The position numbers and the translations under genes were made by a program. The notes under the pieces are model-generated. The model was given only the letters and a program-made list of their open reading frames with translations. It did not search any database and was not told where the DNA came from. Positions 9,994 through 19,320 of a stretch of DNA of 64,000 bases are shown here, piece by piece. Each line of letters begins with the position of its first letter. The stretch's first letter is position 1. Origin of the DNA: Trichocoleus desertorum ATA4-8-CV12 (GTDB lineage Bacteria; Cyanobacteriota; Cyanobacteriia; FACHB-46); contig JAHHIL010000019.1 of assembly GCA_019358975.1 (NCBI GenBank), positions 1,473 through 65,472 of the forward strand. Reading direction: 5' to 3'.

Positions 9994-10313
9994 GTTTCCT
10001 GATTCAAAGACAAAATAGGGTGTAAATGTAAATGTCCTTTCGAGGTCAGGATGAAGTAGGTTTTAGAGTTGGAGTGAATTGCCACTGGAGCCTGCGGGTG
10101 TCCCCAAGGCAGCAACTGACTCATGAGCCACTGACCATGACCGTGATGGTTTTCAGCGGTCGCTCGGCTGGTGTCAATGTAGCCCTTTTGCCAGAGCTGC
10201 TGCACAACTTCGTGCATTTCGCTGATCGGGCACCCCAAGGCATGAGCTAAGTTTTCTACGGTGAGCGGTCTCCGTTCTAGCGCGCTCAAAACCCGCATTT
10301 CATCGACGTTCAT
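9990..10313 (-). CDS. Small winged-helix (MarR/ArsR-like) protein inside the flv operon
   Basis: MRVLSALERRPLTVENLAHALGCPISEMHEVVQQLWQKGYID is a wHTH-like pattern. A His-rich stretch (ENHHGHGQW) follows. Confidence 0.5.
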   Translation of the reverse strand: MNVDEMRVLSALERRPLTVENLAHALGCPISEMHEVVQQLWQKGYIDTSRATAENHHGHGQWLMSQLLPWGHPQAPVAIHSNSKTYFILTSKGHLHLHPILSLNQET

Positions 10314-10414
10314 AGTCCACCTGTCCGAGTGCTCTTATCGTAGCATCACTGTCCCTGCCTCACTTTAATGTTTTTGTCAACCTGGCAAAACCACCTTTCG
10401 GGTCATCCGGACCG

Positions 10415-10530
10415 ACCTCTCCCCAACCCCTCTCCTACAGGAAAGGGGCTTTGAGTCCCCTACTAAGCAATAACAAGGGGCTTTAACTCTTGCTCCCCTT
10501 CCCTGGCAGGGAAGGGGCTGGGGGTTAGGT
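10415..10530. repeat. GC-rich nested palindromic (MITE-like) element abutting the flv stop codon
   Basis: Imperfect terminal inverted repeats: acctctccccaacccc ... ggggctgggggttaggt. Internal hairpins include ccccttccctGGCagggaagggg. It is related in style to the element at 48218-48315. Confidence 0.6.
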
Positions 10531-12258
10531 CTAGTAATGGTTGCCAACTTTGCGATGGTGTACAGCGGTGAGGGCATCGGGGTTAGAAACTCGTCCCTCT
10601 TGCACCGTGCTGTAGACGATCCAGTGATCGTTGCACTCCATGCGGCTGTTGACTTCACACTCTAGATAAGCCAAGGCTTCGGTGAGAATCGGGGAGCCAT
10701 TCTGGGCGGGTTGTGTTTTCACGCCAGCAAAGCGATCGGCCCCAGGGGGAAATCGCTTCAGGAAGTGCTTCATCAGGCCTAGGTGATTGCCTTCTTCTAA
10801 CACGTTGAGGACAAAGCGATCGCCCACTTGCATCAGAGATTCGATCGCGCGGTCTTTGGCAACTGCGATCGTGAAGCCCAAAGGAGTAAAGCTGGCTTGG
10901 GCTACCCAGGAGGCTAACATCGCCCCGCTGACATTACCTTTTTTCGCGGTGATGATGTAGAGGCCACCAGTAATCCGCCCCAAGGCTTTGTCAAGGTCGC
11001 TATTGAGCGATTTCATCTGCTGAATGGCGCGATCGCGGCTCAACCACTGGCCTAAGTCAGTCCCCGCTTCTTCACAGAGCTGATAGGTCGCTTCGTTGGG
11101 CGTGTCTTTAATCCGCACAGGTGGGAAGGCCACGGTCAGACCCGACTCTCTAAACCGCGTCACTAAGGGGTCAACGGGTTCATCCTCGCCCCCATAAGAT
11201 TCAAAAATCCCAATGGCTTGCTTGTCTTTTGCGGCTGCTAACACAGTGCCAAGGGCTGCTTGCGTCGTGGCTGCGGTTGAACCTGATACAGGGGGTGTGG
11301 CGATCGCTAAACCTGCGGACCGACCCACTAGTTCTTGGACTTCTTGGGGATCTGCCGATTTCAGATCCATCATCTCAACGGCGACACCCGTTTTGATAAT
11401 ACCGCGAGCGATCGCTTGCGAGAGGCGATCGCTGTGGCCGTAGTCAGACACGTAGAACACCGCTACAGTTTTCTCAGACTTGGCTTTGGCTTGGCTCCAG
11501 TTACGATAGCGATTGACCCACTCCGCCACGTTGTAGTAAAGCAACGGCCCGTGTCCAGTGGCAATCTGCTTCACTTCTGGTAGTTCACCCATGCGCTTCA
11601 GGGCAGACAGCACCGAGCGAGCATTGGGAGCCATCAAGCATTCGTAATAAAAACGGAAATCCGCTTCAATCTCACTCAGGTCTTCATCAAAGGTGCGATC
11701 GTCGCAGAAGTGCATCCCGAACGCATCGCAGGTAAAGAGAATCTGCGTCTTGGTGTCGTAACTAAAGATGGTGTCGGGCCAGTGCAGATTGGGGGCGATC
11801 ACAAACTCCAGTTCGTGACCATTGCCCAAGTCCAAGCGATCGCCATTTTTGACAATCTGCCGCTTAAACGGTTGATGCACCAAATCTTCGAGAAACTGAA
11901 TCGCTACCTTGGAGCCCACCACCGTCGCTTGGGGAGCCAAGGCCAAGACATCGCGAACTAAACCGCTGTGGTCTGGTTCCGTATGGCTAATTACCAAATA
12001 ATCGATCTTGGCTGGGTCTACGACTTGAGTCAGCGTCTCCAAGTACAGTTGGCGAAACTTCTCATGAGACGTATCGACCAGCGCAATCTTTTCGCCTTTA
12101 ATAACAAAGGAGTTGTAGGTCGTGCCATTCTTCAGACCAAACTCGATGTCAAAGCGATCGCGGTCCCAATCGAGTGAGCGAATCGTGGTGGTTTCCGCAG
12201 CAATTTCGCTCGTTTGTATTGTCAGTCTACGTTGAGCCCGGTCAGTCAGCACTACCAT
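10531..12258 (-). CDS. Flavodiiron protein, cluster-B type (Flv3/Flv4-like, canonical diiron ligands)
   Basis: Canonical H-x-E-x-D-H motif (VISHTEPDHSGLV), with flavodoxin and flavin-reductase domains. ATG 12258 is preceded by GAGGAG, so it is preferred over the TTG at 12276. Confidence 0.88.
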   Translation of the reverse strand: MVVLTDRAQRRLTIQTSEIAAETTTIRSLDWDRDRFDIEFGLKNGTTYNSFVIKGEKIALVDTSHEKFRQLYLETLTQVVDPAKIDYLVISHTEPDHSGLVRDVLALAPQATVVGSKVAIQFLEDLVHQPFKRQIVKNGDRLDLGNGHELEFVIAPNLHWPDTIFSYDTKTQILFTCDAFGMHFCDDRTFDEDLSEIEADFRFYYECLMAPNARSVLSALKRMGELPEVKQIATGHGPLLYYNVAEWVNRYRNWSQAKAKSEKTVAVFYVSDYGHSDRLSQAIARGIIKTGVAVEMMDLKSADPQEVQELVGRSAGLAIATPPVSGSTAATTQAALGTVLAAAKDKQAIGIFESYGGEDEPVDPLVTRFRESGLTVAFPPVRIKDTPNEATYQLCEEAGTDLGQWLSRDRAIQQMKSLNSDLDKALGRITGGLYIITAKKGNVSGAMLASWVAQASFTPLGFTIAVAKDRAIESLMQVGDRFVLNVLEEGNHLGLMKHFLKRFPPGADRFAGVKTQPAQNGSPILTEALAYLECEVNSRMECNDHWIVYSTVQEGRVSNPDALTAVHHRKVGNHY

Positions 12259-12389
12259 GTAAAATCTCCTCGTCAAACCTGGCTGAGGCGATCGCCTTTC
12301 CCTATTGTCACACGTTGATTTAAAAACCTGGGTTGAAAGACCTAATAGGTAAGTTAAGCAATTCTATATGTATTTATACTTAACCACCT

Positions 12390-13235
12390 GTGGATAAAAG
12401 CTGGTTCGCTTTGATGATTGGCAATTCTCGGCTGCATTGGGCTTGGTTTGTGGGAGAGCAGTTGCGATCGGCTTGGGATAGTGAGCATTTGACGAATTCT
12501 GGCCCCCCTAGCCCCCCAATACTGGGGGGAACCTGCTCAAAGTCCCCCAGTATTGGGGGATTAAAGCCCTTACGGGCATACCAGAAAAAGGGGCAGTGCA
12601 AGGAGTTTAACTACACTTCAAATCCCTTCTACGAACTACCCATCGTTTTAGCGTCTGTTGTTCCAGCCCAAACTGCTATTTGGCGGGACTATCCTCAGCT
12701 ACAAATTCTCACGCTCGAACAAATTCCTCTCCAACACAGCTACCCTACCCTTGGTATCGATCGCGCCTTGGCATTGTGGGGAGCGGGAGAAGTGTATGGT
12801 TGGCCTGCCTTGGTGATTGATGCAGGTACAGCGCTGACCTTCACAGGCGGCAATGCTGAGCGACAACTGGTGGGTGGGGCGATTCTGCCAGGGCTGAGTT
12901 TGCAAGTACGAGCTTTAGCTGACAAAACTGCTGCCTTACCTGCGATCGCTTTACCCGAAACCTTACCCAAACGGTGGGCCAATGACACGCAAGAAGCGAT
13001 CGCTAGTGGGGTTGTCTATACGGTTTTGGCGGGAGTTGTAGACTTTATCGAGGCTTGGTGGCAAGAGTTTCCTGGTAGCGCTGTGGTGATCACGGGGGGC
13101 GATCGCACCCTACTCTACCAACATTTGCAAAGCCAGCATCCTGGACTAGCCGCTCACATCCACACTGATCCCAACCTCATTTTTTGGGGTATGCGAACTT
13201 GTCGAACGGAGCCAGATTCAGCTAGAAGTGGATGA
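12390..13235 (+). CDS. coaX: Type III pantothenate kinase carrying an in-frame repeat-derived insertion
   Basis: Contains MIGNSRLHWAW, LASVVP, LGIDRALALWGA, VIDAGTALT and ITGGDR motifs of the CoaX/ASKHA fold. An extra segment of about 30-35 aa (SGPPSPPILGGTCSKSPSIGGLKPLRAYQKKG) is encoded by the palindromic element at 12501-12577. Confidence 0.8.
   Translation: MDKSWFALMIGNSRLHWAWFVGEQLRSAWDSEHLTNSGPPSPPILGGTCSKSPSIGGLKPLRAYQKKGQCKEFNYTSNPFYELPIVLASVVPAQTAIWRDYPQLQILTLEQIPLQHSYPTLGIDRALALWGAGEVYGWPALVIDAGTALTFTGGNAERQLVGGAILPGLSLQVRALADKTAALPAIALPETLPKRWANDTQEAIASGVVYTVLAGVVDFIEAWWQEFPGSAVVITGGDRTLLYQHLQSQHPGLAAHIHTDPNLIFWGMRTCRTEPDSARSG
12501..12577. repeat. Palindromic repeat element embedded in coaX
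   Basis: The inverted pair gccccccaatactgggggga (12511-12530) and tcccccagtattggggga (12543-12560) is separated by a 12-nt spacer. An extra hairpin gcccTTACgggc lies at 12566-12577. Confidence 0.7.
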
Positions 13236-14036
13236 GATGAACTCCCGAATTTCTTGGGCAACAGCTGTTGGGGCTGTGAGCGGTAGTTCTACGCCACCTT
13301 GCGGCACAATCCGCCAATTTGCGGTTGGTGTAAGTTCAGCGTAAGTTTGGCTCAGCAGCTTAGCTGCAAAGGCATCTTGTTCGCTTTGCAATACTATGAC
13401 CGGAACCTTGAGCCAATCAAGCCTTCCCTGCAATTGCTCTGCTTGGATCTCAGCCCGTCGGCGTTGAAATAGCAAGCGACAGGCCACAGGAGATTGCAGC
13501 AACTGTTTTCGCCATTGCAAAGTGCGCCCTACCCGCTTTTGAAGACCTAATAGAGGTGCAAAGGGCTGTAGCGATCGCAGTAACCAAAATAATAGCGGCG
13601 GTCGAGCTATCAACCACTTGGCCCCCCACCAACGCCGCCCCACTTTTTGCACCTGAATCCCTTCCGGAGCCAATAACACCAAGCCACGTACCTGATCTAA
13701 ATACTTCAGGGCATAGCTCGCTGCCACCCAGGCTCCCAGAGAATGACCAATCAAATACACCTGCCGCAATCGCAAGCTCTCTAAATATTCCGCCAGCGTC
13801 TCTACTTGCAACTCAATCGAGTAGTGTACATTAGGGCGTTCCGACTCCCCAACCCCCAGCAGATCAGGTGCAAAACAGTGGTACTCCGTTCCTAACTGTT
13901 CAATCACTGGCACCCATTGGCTGCTGTCACTCCAAGAACCATGCAGAAACACCAGTGCATCTCCCTGACCGATTTCACGCCAGAAAATTTGCCCTTGAGA
14001 CAGCTTCAATCGAGAATTACGCAGCGGTAGAGACAT
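13218..14036 (-). CDS. Alpha/beta-fold hydrolase
   Basis: Oxyanion-type HGSW motif, GHSLG nucleophile elbow, and a length of 272 aa. It converges on coaX and overlaps it by 18 nt. Confidence 0.75.
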   Translation of the reverse strand: MSLPLRNSRLKLSQGQIFWREIGQGDALVFLHGSWSDSSQWVPVIEQLGTEYHCFAPDLLGVGESERPNVHYSIELQVETLAEYLESLRLRQVYLIGHSLGAWVAASYALKYLDQVRGLVLLAPEGIQVQKVGRRWWGAKWLIARPPLLFWLLRSLQPFAPLLGLQKRVGRTLQWRKQLLQSPVACRLLFQRRRAEIQAEQLQGRLDWLKVPVIVLQSEQDAFAAKLLSQTYAELTPTANWRIVPQGGVELPLTAPTAVAQEIREFISSTSS

Positions 14037-14047
14037 CTTAAATCAAG

Positions 14048-14218
14048 GAGGAAGGATGAGATGGAAAAGCGGAAGGATGAAGGATGAGGGATGAAATGGG
14101 AAAGAGAGAAGGATGAGGGATGAAATGGTCTAACTTTCATCCTTCTAAAATTACGCCAGTGTGGTCAATCCCTTCAAATTCATCCTTCATCCCTCATCCT
14201 TCCTATTTCATCCTTCCT
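14048..14218. repeat. GGATGAAGGATGAGG-type short repeats arranged as inverted arms
   Basis: Left arm: gaaggatgaaggatgagggatgaaatggg. Right arm: ttcatccttcatccctcatccttcc. The same motif family occurs at 33252-33356 and 58251-58293. Confidence 0.75.
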
Positions 14219-14674
14219 TTACGCCAATGTCGTCAGGCCCTTCAAATAGTCTTTTAGTTGGCGATCGTGATCGTGGGATAACGCGCCTAAAGGTAGAGCG
14301 TCGGGGGCAAAAGCTTGCACTTCTATCACTTCTAGGGTGTCTTGTGCCTGCATTGTTCCTTGCACTTCAGCTTCTACTACGACGCAGACTGAATGAATTC
14401 TGGGATCGCGATCGGGTGCTGAATAAACTCCCACTAACCGTCGAATTTTGACTAGTTCTAGGCCCGTTTCTTCTGCTAGCTCTCGTTGTACTGTCTTGGG
14501 AATATCTTCTCCCCAGTCCACCATGCCACCGGGTAATCCCCATTTTCCATTGTCCTGCCGCCGAATCAGGACAATTCGACCATCGGGCAAGAGTGGGATG
14601 ATACTAGTGCCAATAATAGGGTGCCGGAAGATCAATCCCAGGACGGTTTGAATCAGATGCCAGGATCGACGCAT
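14219..14674 (-). CDS. NUDIX hydrolase
   Basis: Nudix box GGMVDWGEDIPKTVQRELAEETGL (GX5EX7REUXEEXGU). Confidence 0.85.
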   Translation of the reverse strand: MRRSWHLIQTVLGLIFRHPIIGTSIIPLLPDGRIVLIRRQDNGKWGLPGGMVDWGEDIPKTVQRELAEETGLELVKIRRLVGVYSAPDRDPRIHSVCVVVEAEVQGTMQAQDTLEVIEVQAFAPDALPLGALSHDHDRQLKDYLKGLTTLA

Positions 14675-14753
14675 AAAGTAAGGCTGTCATACGAATGGAA
14701 CGATGGAAGCCAAAAGTCAATGCAATTGAACTATGCACCCGTTCTTACAGTTT

Positions 14754-15215
14754 CTAACCAGGCAAATCAGCCAGAATTTCCGTTGCATGAGCTTCTGGTT
14801 TTACCTTGCGGTAAATTTTCTCAATCGTACCATCTGAGCCGATCACAAACGTCTGCCGATAAACACCCATGAATTCCTTACCCATAAACTTTTTCAGCCC
14901 ATAACTGCCATAGGCTTGGGCTACTGCTGCATCTTCGTCACATAGGAGGGGAAACGGCAGTTGATACTTCGTCGTGAATTTGGTGTGGGACTTGGCATCG
15001 TCGGTACTAATGCCCAAAACTATTACATCTTGGGCTTGGTATTCCGAGTAGGCATCCCGAAAACCACAAGCTTCCTTGGCGCAGCCAGGGGTGTTGTCTC
15101 GTGGGTAAAAGTACAACACGACTCGCTGGCCTCGCAAGTCTGACAAGCGAACTAGATTACCTTGCGTATCCAGCAAACTAAAGTCTGGCGCAAGATCGCC
15201 AAGTTGGAGGGACAT
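14754..15215 (-). CDS. bcp: Thioredoxin-dependent peroxiredoxin (BCP/PrxQ)
   Basis: LYFYPRDNTPGCAKEAC active-site motif, 153 aa. Confidence 0.88.
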   Translation of the reverse strand: MSLQLGDLAPDFSLLDTQGNLVRLSDLRGQRVVLYFYPRDNTPGCAKEACGFRDAYSEYQAQDVIVLGISTDDAKSHTKFTTKYQLPFPLLCDEDAAVAQAYGSYGLKKFMGKEFMGVYRQTFVIGSDGTIEKIYRKVKPEAHATEILADLPG

Positions 15216-15315
15216 AGACAGGATCTACGGGATGAAACTTTACAGGATGAACCGTGATGAGCACTCGGTTAGCAGTGAGTGGCAAGCTGTGGGCCAAGCG
15301 CCAATAGCTAAAAGT

Positions 15316-16764
15316 CTAATCTTGGTGCAGCCGTTGTTGTGCTACTTGCAAGGCTTTTCTCACTTGCTCGAAGCCAGTGCCACCATAGCTGTTGCGGGCT
15401 GCTACGACTTGACGGGGCGCGATCGCCTGATAAATATCCGCTTCAAAAGCAGGATGCAAGGTTTGCCACTCGTCTAAACTTAAGTCCTTCAGCAACTTGT
15501 TGGCCGCTAAGCAAGTCCGCACCACTTTTCCCACTAAGTTGTAGGCTTCGCGGAAGGGTACGCCTTTAGCTGCCAGATAATCGGCTACATCTGTAGCGTT
15601 AGAGAAATCTTCTGCCACTGCTTCTGCTAGGCGAGAGGTCCGAAACTCTATCCCTTCTTGGATCAGAATGGTCATGGCTTCCAGGCAAGCTCGGACGGTA
15701 TTCACTGCATCGAACAAAGCTTCCTTGTCTTCCTGCAAATCTTTGTTGTAGGCCAAGGGTAAGCCTTTCATCAGCACCAGCATGGCTTGTAAATGCCCAA
15801 ACACTCGCCCAGTTTTGCCCCGCACCAGTTCTGGTACATCGGGGTTCTTTTTCTGGGGCATAATGCTGGAACCCGTGGCACAGCTATCTTTCAGGGTGAC
15901 GAAGCTAAACTCTTGGGAGGCCCAAAGGATCACTTCTTCTGACAAACGGCTAAGGTGCATCATGATCAAGCTGGCAGCTGAGAGAAATTCGATCGCAAAG
16001 TCGCGATCGCTGACTCCATCCAAGCTATTGGCATAGATGCCATCGAAGTTCAGTAATTCAGCCGTGTAGTGGCGATCGATCGGGAAAGTCGTGCCTGCTA
16101 GCGCCCCGCACCCTAAAGGCGACACATTCACCCGACGATAAACTTCGCCAAGCCGCTCCCAATCCCGTTGCGCCATCTCGAAGTACGCCAGCAGATGATG
16201 GGCCAAACTAATCGGTTGAGCCCGCTGCAAGTGAGTGTAACCAGGAATCAAGGTTTCTACATGCTGCTCTGCTAGGTGAAACAAAGCTGTTTGAAACTCC
16301 CGCACCTGAGCGCGAATCTGCTCGATCTGCTCTCGGAGATATAGCCGGGTGTCAGTTCCAACTTGGTCGTTTCGCGATCGCGCGGTGTGCAGCTTCTTGC
16401 CCAAATCTCCCAAAATTTGCGTGAGGCGATGCTCCACTGCAAAATGCACATCTTCGGCATCAACGCCGGGATTAAAGAAACCTTGTCGGTACTCTTGCCG
16501 AATTTGATCCAGCCCTCTTACGAGTTGCTCACCTTCATCTGGGGTAATAATGCCTGTATGAGCCAGCATTTGGGCATGAGCCTGCGATCCGGTGAGGTCA
16601 TATTCCAATAACTCCATATCAAAGCCGATGCTGGCATTGAATTGAGCGATCGCTGGGTGCAACGCGGTTTCAAATCGCTGACTCCAAGCTTGTGAGCTAG
16701 CAGCAGGTTGGGGTGGCAGTTCCGTATCCAAGGTTATCTTCCTGAATTCAATCGACAGCGTCAA
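15316..16764 (-). CDS. argH: Argininosuccinate lyase
   Basis: WSQRFE near the N-terminus, the fumarate-lyase signature [12 protein letters not shown], and TARSRNDQV. The start codon is uncertain: TTG at 16764, with no ATG upstream of the conserved region. Confidence 0.9.
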   Translation of the reverse strand: MTLSIEFRKITLDTELPPQPAASSQAWSQRFETALHPAIAQFNASIGFDMELLEYDLTGSQAHAQMLAHTGIITPDEGEQLVRGLDQIRQEYRQGFFNPGVDAEDVHFAVEHRLTQILGDLGKKLHTARSRNDQVGTDTRLYLREQIEQIRAQVREFQTALFHLAEQHVETLIPGYTHLQRAQPISLAHHLLAYFEMAQRDWERLGEVYRRVNVSPLGCGALAGTTFPIDRHYTAELLNFDGIYANSLDGVSDRDFAIEFLSAASLIMMHLSRLSEEVILWASQEFSFVTLKDSCATGSSIMPQKKNPDVPELVRGKTGRVFGHLQAMLVLMKGLPLAYNKDLQEDKEALFDAVNTVRACLEAMTILIQEGIEFRTSRLAEAVAEDFSNATDVADYLAAKGVPFREAYNLVGKVVRTCLAANKLLKDLSLDEWQTLHPAFEADIYQAIAPRQVVAARNSYGGTGFEQVRKALQVAQQRLHQD

Positions 16765-16871
16765 AAACTCATCTTGACATGAGCGATGTCTCCTAAAATG
16801 CAGTCCGAGCTACCAGGCCAAAGGTCCACTTAGGAGACAAATTTAATGTAAGTCACGACTCAGGCTGGAGT

Positions 16872-17129
16872 TTAATAAGCGGTCATGCTGCGAATCATGT
16901 AGCCCAGAATCACACCAATGAGCAAGGCCCATACTTGGCCTGTTTTGACAAAGTTATTAAAACCCTTCTGCATATCTCCCAAGATGTCTTGGTTATATTG
17001 TTGAGCTAACACTGTCCAGTCATGGGGGACATGCCAAGCTAAGCCTTGCTGGAGCCAGTCACCCCAGTGTGTGGTGTGATTCAACCAAGTTGTCATGTCC
17101 TGCATTACATGGATCACCATTGCTACCAT
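16872..17129 (-). CDS. Small hypothetical protein with a C-terminal transmembrane helix
   Basis: 85 aa. Trp/His-rich N-terminal part, then VWALLIGVILGYMI. Confidence 0.35.
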   Translation of the reverse strand: MVAMVIHVMQDMTTWLNHTTHWGDWLQQGLAWHVPHDWTVLAQQYNQDILGDMQKGFNNFVKTGQVWALLIGVILGYMIRSMTAY

Positions 17130-17292
17130 CTCCTCATCAATTGTTAGGGCTACTCAAAGGTTCAAGATTTAAAGGCTAATTCGTAGCCAGCGATCGCGGA
17201 TTTTTGGCGCGTTTTAAGCAGCTTAACTACTGCAATTAGCACGTACCCTATAGAGTCGCAGATTTTTGGCAGTTGTAAAGTGGAAATGGGGA

Positions 17293-18717
17293 TTAATCTG
17301 GCGATTTGATCCGCATGACAATTAATGTCATATCATCACCGTTGCGATTACCTGCTCCAATAAACTGCTGCACTTGGGCAAACAAATGCTCCAGAATCTC
17401 TTGAGGACTTTCGCAATGACGGCAAGCCCAGTGAAAGGCACGAGTTAAATTGTCTTCCTCGAAGCGATCGCCACTGCGGTTGGCTGCGTCGGTAAAGCCA
17501 TCTGTGTAGTAAATCAGCGTGTCACCCGGATGCAACTGCACTTGACCATCTTGGTAGTGTGTATCTGCATCTAAGCCGATCAGCATTCCCAAAGTATCTA
17601 ACCGCTTAATCGCATCAGTCGAAGCTTGCCACAATAGCGGCGGGTTGTGCGCGGCATTGCTGTAAGACAGCATCTGTGTTTGCGGCTCGTACTCCGAGTA
17701 AAACAGAGTCACAAACCGATTGGAATTTTCTAAATCTGCATACATCACTTGGTTAAGGTGTTGCAGAATCCGAGCAGGAGAATGACCATTTAGTACTTCT
17801 GCCCGCAACATACCCCGCAGCATGGTCATGATCAGCCCAGCAGGTACGCCCTTGCCCATGACATCGCCAATAGAGACGCTCCAACGTCCCGCCTCATTGC
17901 TGCCTGTTTTGACCGAGCGGAGACGGGGGCGATGAACGGGGATGAAATCGTAATAGTCGCCTCCCACCCGATTAGCTGTTTGACAACGAGCAGCCAGTTC
18001 TGCGCCTGGAATTTTGGGACACTGGCGCGGCAAAAGCTGTAGTTGAATTTCGGCTCCAATTTCTAATTCGCGATCGAGCCTTTCTTTTTTGCGCAGTTCC
18101 ACCGTCAGCTCGTCGTTTTCAATGGCTACAGCCGTTTGGTCGGCCACCAAGCGCACCAACTTTTGCCGTGTTTCTGTCCAGGTATAATCTACCGCTCGAC
18201 TAAAAACGTAGAGTCTGCCTCGCTCGGCATTCTTGACCAAAATTGCGGTGCCAAACAACTGTACATCTGACCCCAAGTAATGACTGACTTGATGGTCGAG
18301 AGCCGCAGTCATTTTAGCAGGGGCGATCGCGCCTCCCGGAGTAGCAGCAGCAGCAGCTAACTGGCGTGTCGCGGTCTCTAAAGCCTTGCGAATATCGTGA
18401 CATTGGCGACTATCTTGACAGTGCAAGCGCTCTAGCCGCATTTGCCCATTTGGCTTAAACAGTACTAAGGCACCTCCATCCGCATCAGTCACCCGACTGG
18501 CCATCAGCGGAATCAGTTCTAGAAACTGGTTTAAGTTATTGAAGCTCCGCAAGGCAAAGCTGAGAGAGCTTAACAAGTCCTGAATTTTGTGCTGTTCCCG
18601 ATGCAGGCGCGCCACCAGTTCTTTCAGGGCGAAAACTGGCGTCATGTCTGGAGAAGTTCCGCCACTGGTGCAGTCGGAGGGTTGAGAGGGCTGTCGAGGA
18701 ACAGGCACAGCAGTCAT
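17293..18717 (-). CDS. GAF-domain PP2C/SpoIIE-family serine phosphatase (RsbU-like)
   Basis: The C-terminal PPM/SpoIIE motifs are GGDYYDF, IGDVMGKGVPAGLIMTMLRG, YYTDGFTDA and DDMTLIVM. The N-terminal region of about 200 aa is GAF-like. Confidence 0.8.
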   Translation of the reverse strand: MTAVPVPRQPSQPSDCTSGGTSPDMTPVFALKELVARLHREQHKIQDLLSSLSFALRSFNNLNQFLELIPLMASRVTDADGGALVLFKPNGQMRLERLHCQDSRQCHDIRKALETATRQLAAAAATPGGAIAPAKMTAALDHQVSHYLGSDVQLFGTAILVKNAERGRLYVFSRAVDYTWTETRQKLVRLVADQTAVAIENDELTVELRKKERLDRELEIGAEIQLQLLPRQCPKIPGAELAARCQTANRVGGDYYDFIPVHRPRLRSVKTGSNEAGRWSVSIGDVMGKGVPAGLIMTMLRGMLRAEVLNGHSPARILQHLNQVMYADLENSNRFVTLFYSEYEPQTQMLSYSNAAHNPPLLWQASTDAIKRLDTLGMLIGLDADTHYQDGQVQLHPGDTLIYYTDGFTDAANRSGDRFEEDNLTRAFHWACRHCESPQEILEHLFAQVQQFIGAGNRNGDDMTLIVMRIKSPD

Positions 18718-19130
18718 TAGAGCAAGGTTAAGTTGTCATCGAAAACCGGAAAATTGAAGATCACTAACAGGTGAAGAAAAATAAATTCTCTACCTGCAAT
18801 TTGAGCAAATTACTGGAGAGACAGCTTATCACTATTTGTAGAATTTACGCTCTAGTTTTGCTGATTTAAAATTCAGCGAACTAGTGAGAATTAGTAAAGC
18901 ATCTAACTCACTGAAAAGTGGTGTGATGGTTACCCTAAGACCAACCGCTTGGTACAAGAATCAACTCAATACCAGTAAGTTCCGCCAACGGTGTCAATGT
19001 TGGCATAAATTCTAACGAATTTGTTGATACTAGCAGAATTGTTCTGAACCGGACTCAATCCTTTGTAGACAATCTGCTGGGTGAACTCCATCGCCTCAAG
19101 CGAGCAGATCTATAACAATCTTTTTTGAAC

Positions 19131-19176
19131 GGGGTGCAGGGGTGGAACCCCTGTGTGGGGGCAACGCCTCCCCCTG
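19131..19176. repeat. GC-rich hairpin repeat
   Basis: Two hairpins, caggggTGGAAcccctg and gggggcAACGcctcccc, lie in the 600-nt AT-rich spacer between ftsY and the phosphatase gene. Confidence 0.5.
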
Positions 19177-19320
19177 TTAACAAACAATTTGTGAACGCTA
19201 TAGTTTTTGATTGTTAGCGTTAATCTGGGGCTCTGCCAATGAGTTGAGCAAGCGTTTCTTCAGCAGCGCCAAGAAAACAACTGCCATTAACTACCCTTAA
19301 TGGACTTAGCTTACGGTAAC

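Noticed and set aside
18718-19320. 600-nt non-coding gap that could hold a tRNA, SRP RNA or other ncRNA
   Set aside because: No T-loop (GTTCGAATC-like) or acceptor-stem arrangement was found, and no SRP RNA GGAA tetraloop motif. Only one GC-rich hairpin repeat was seen. An unknown sRNA cannot be excluded.
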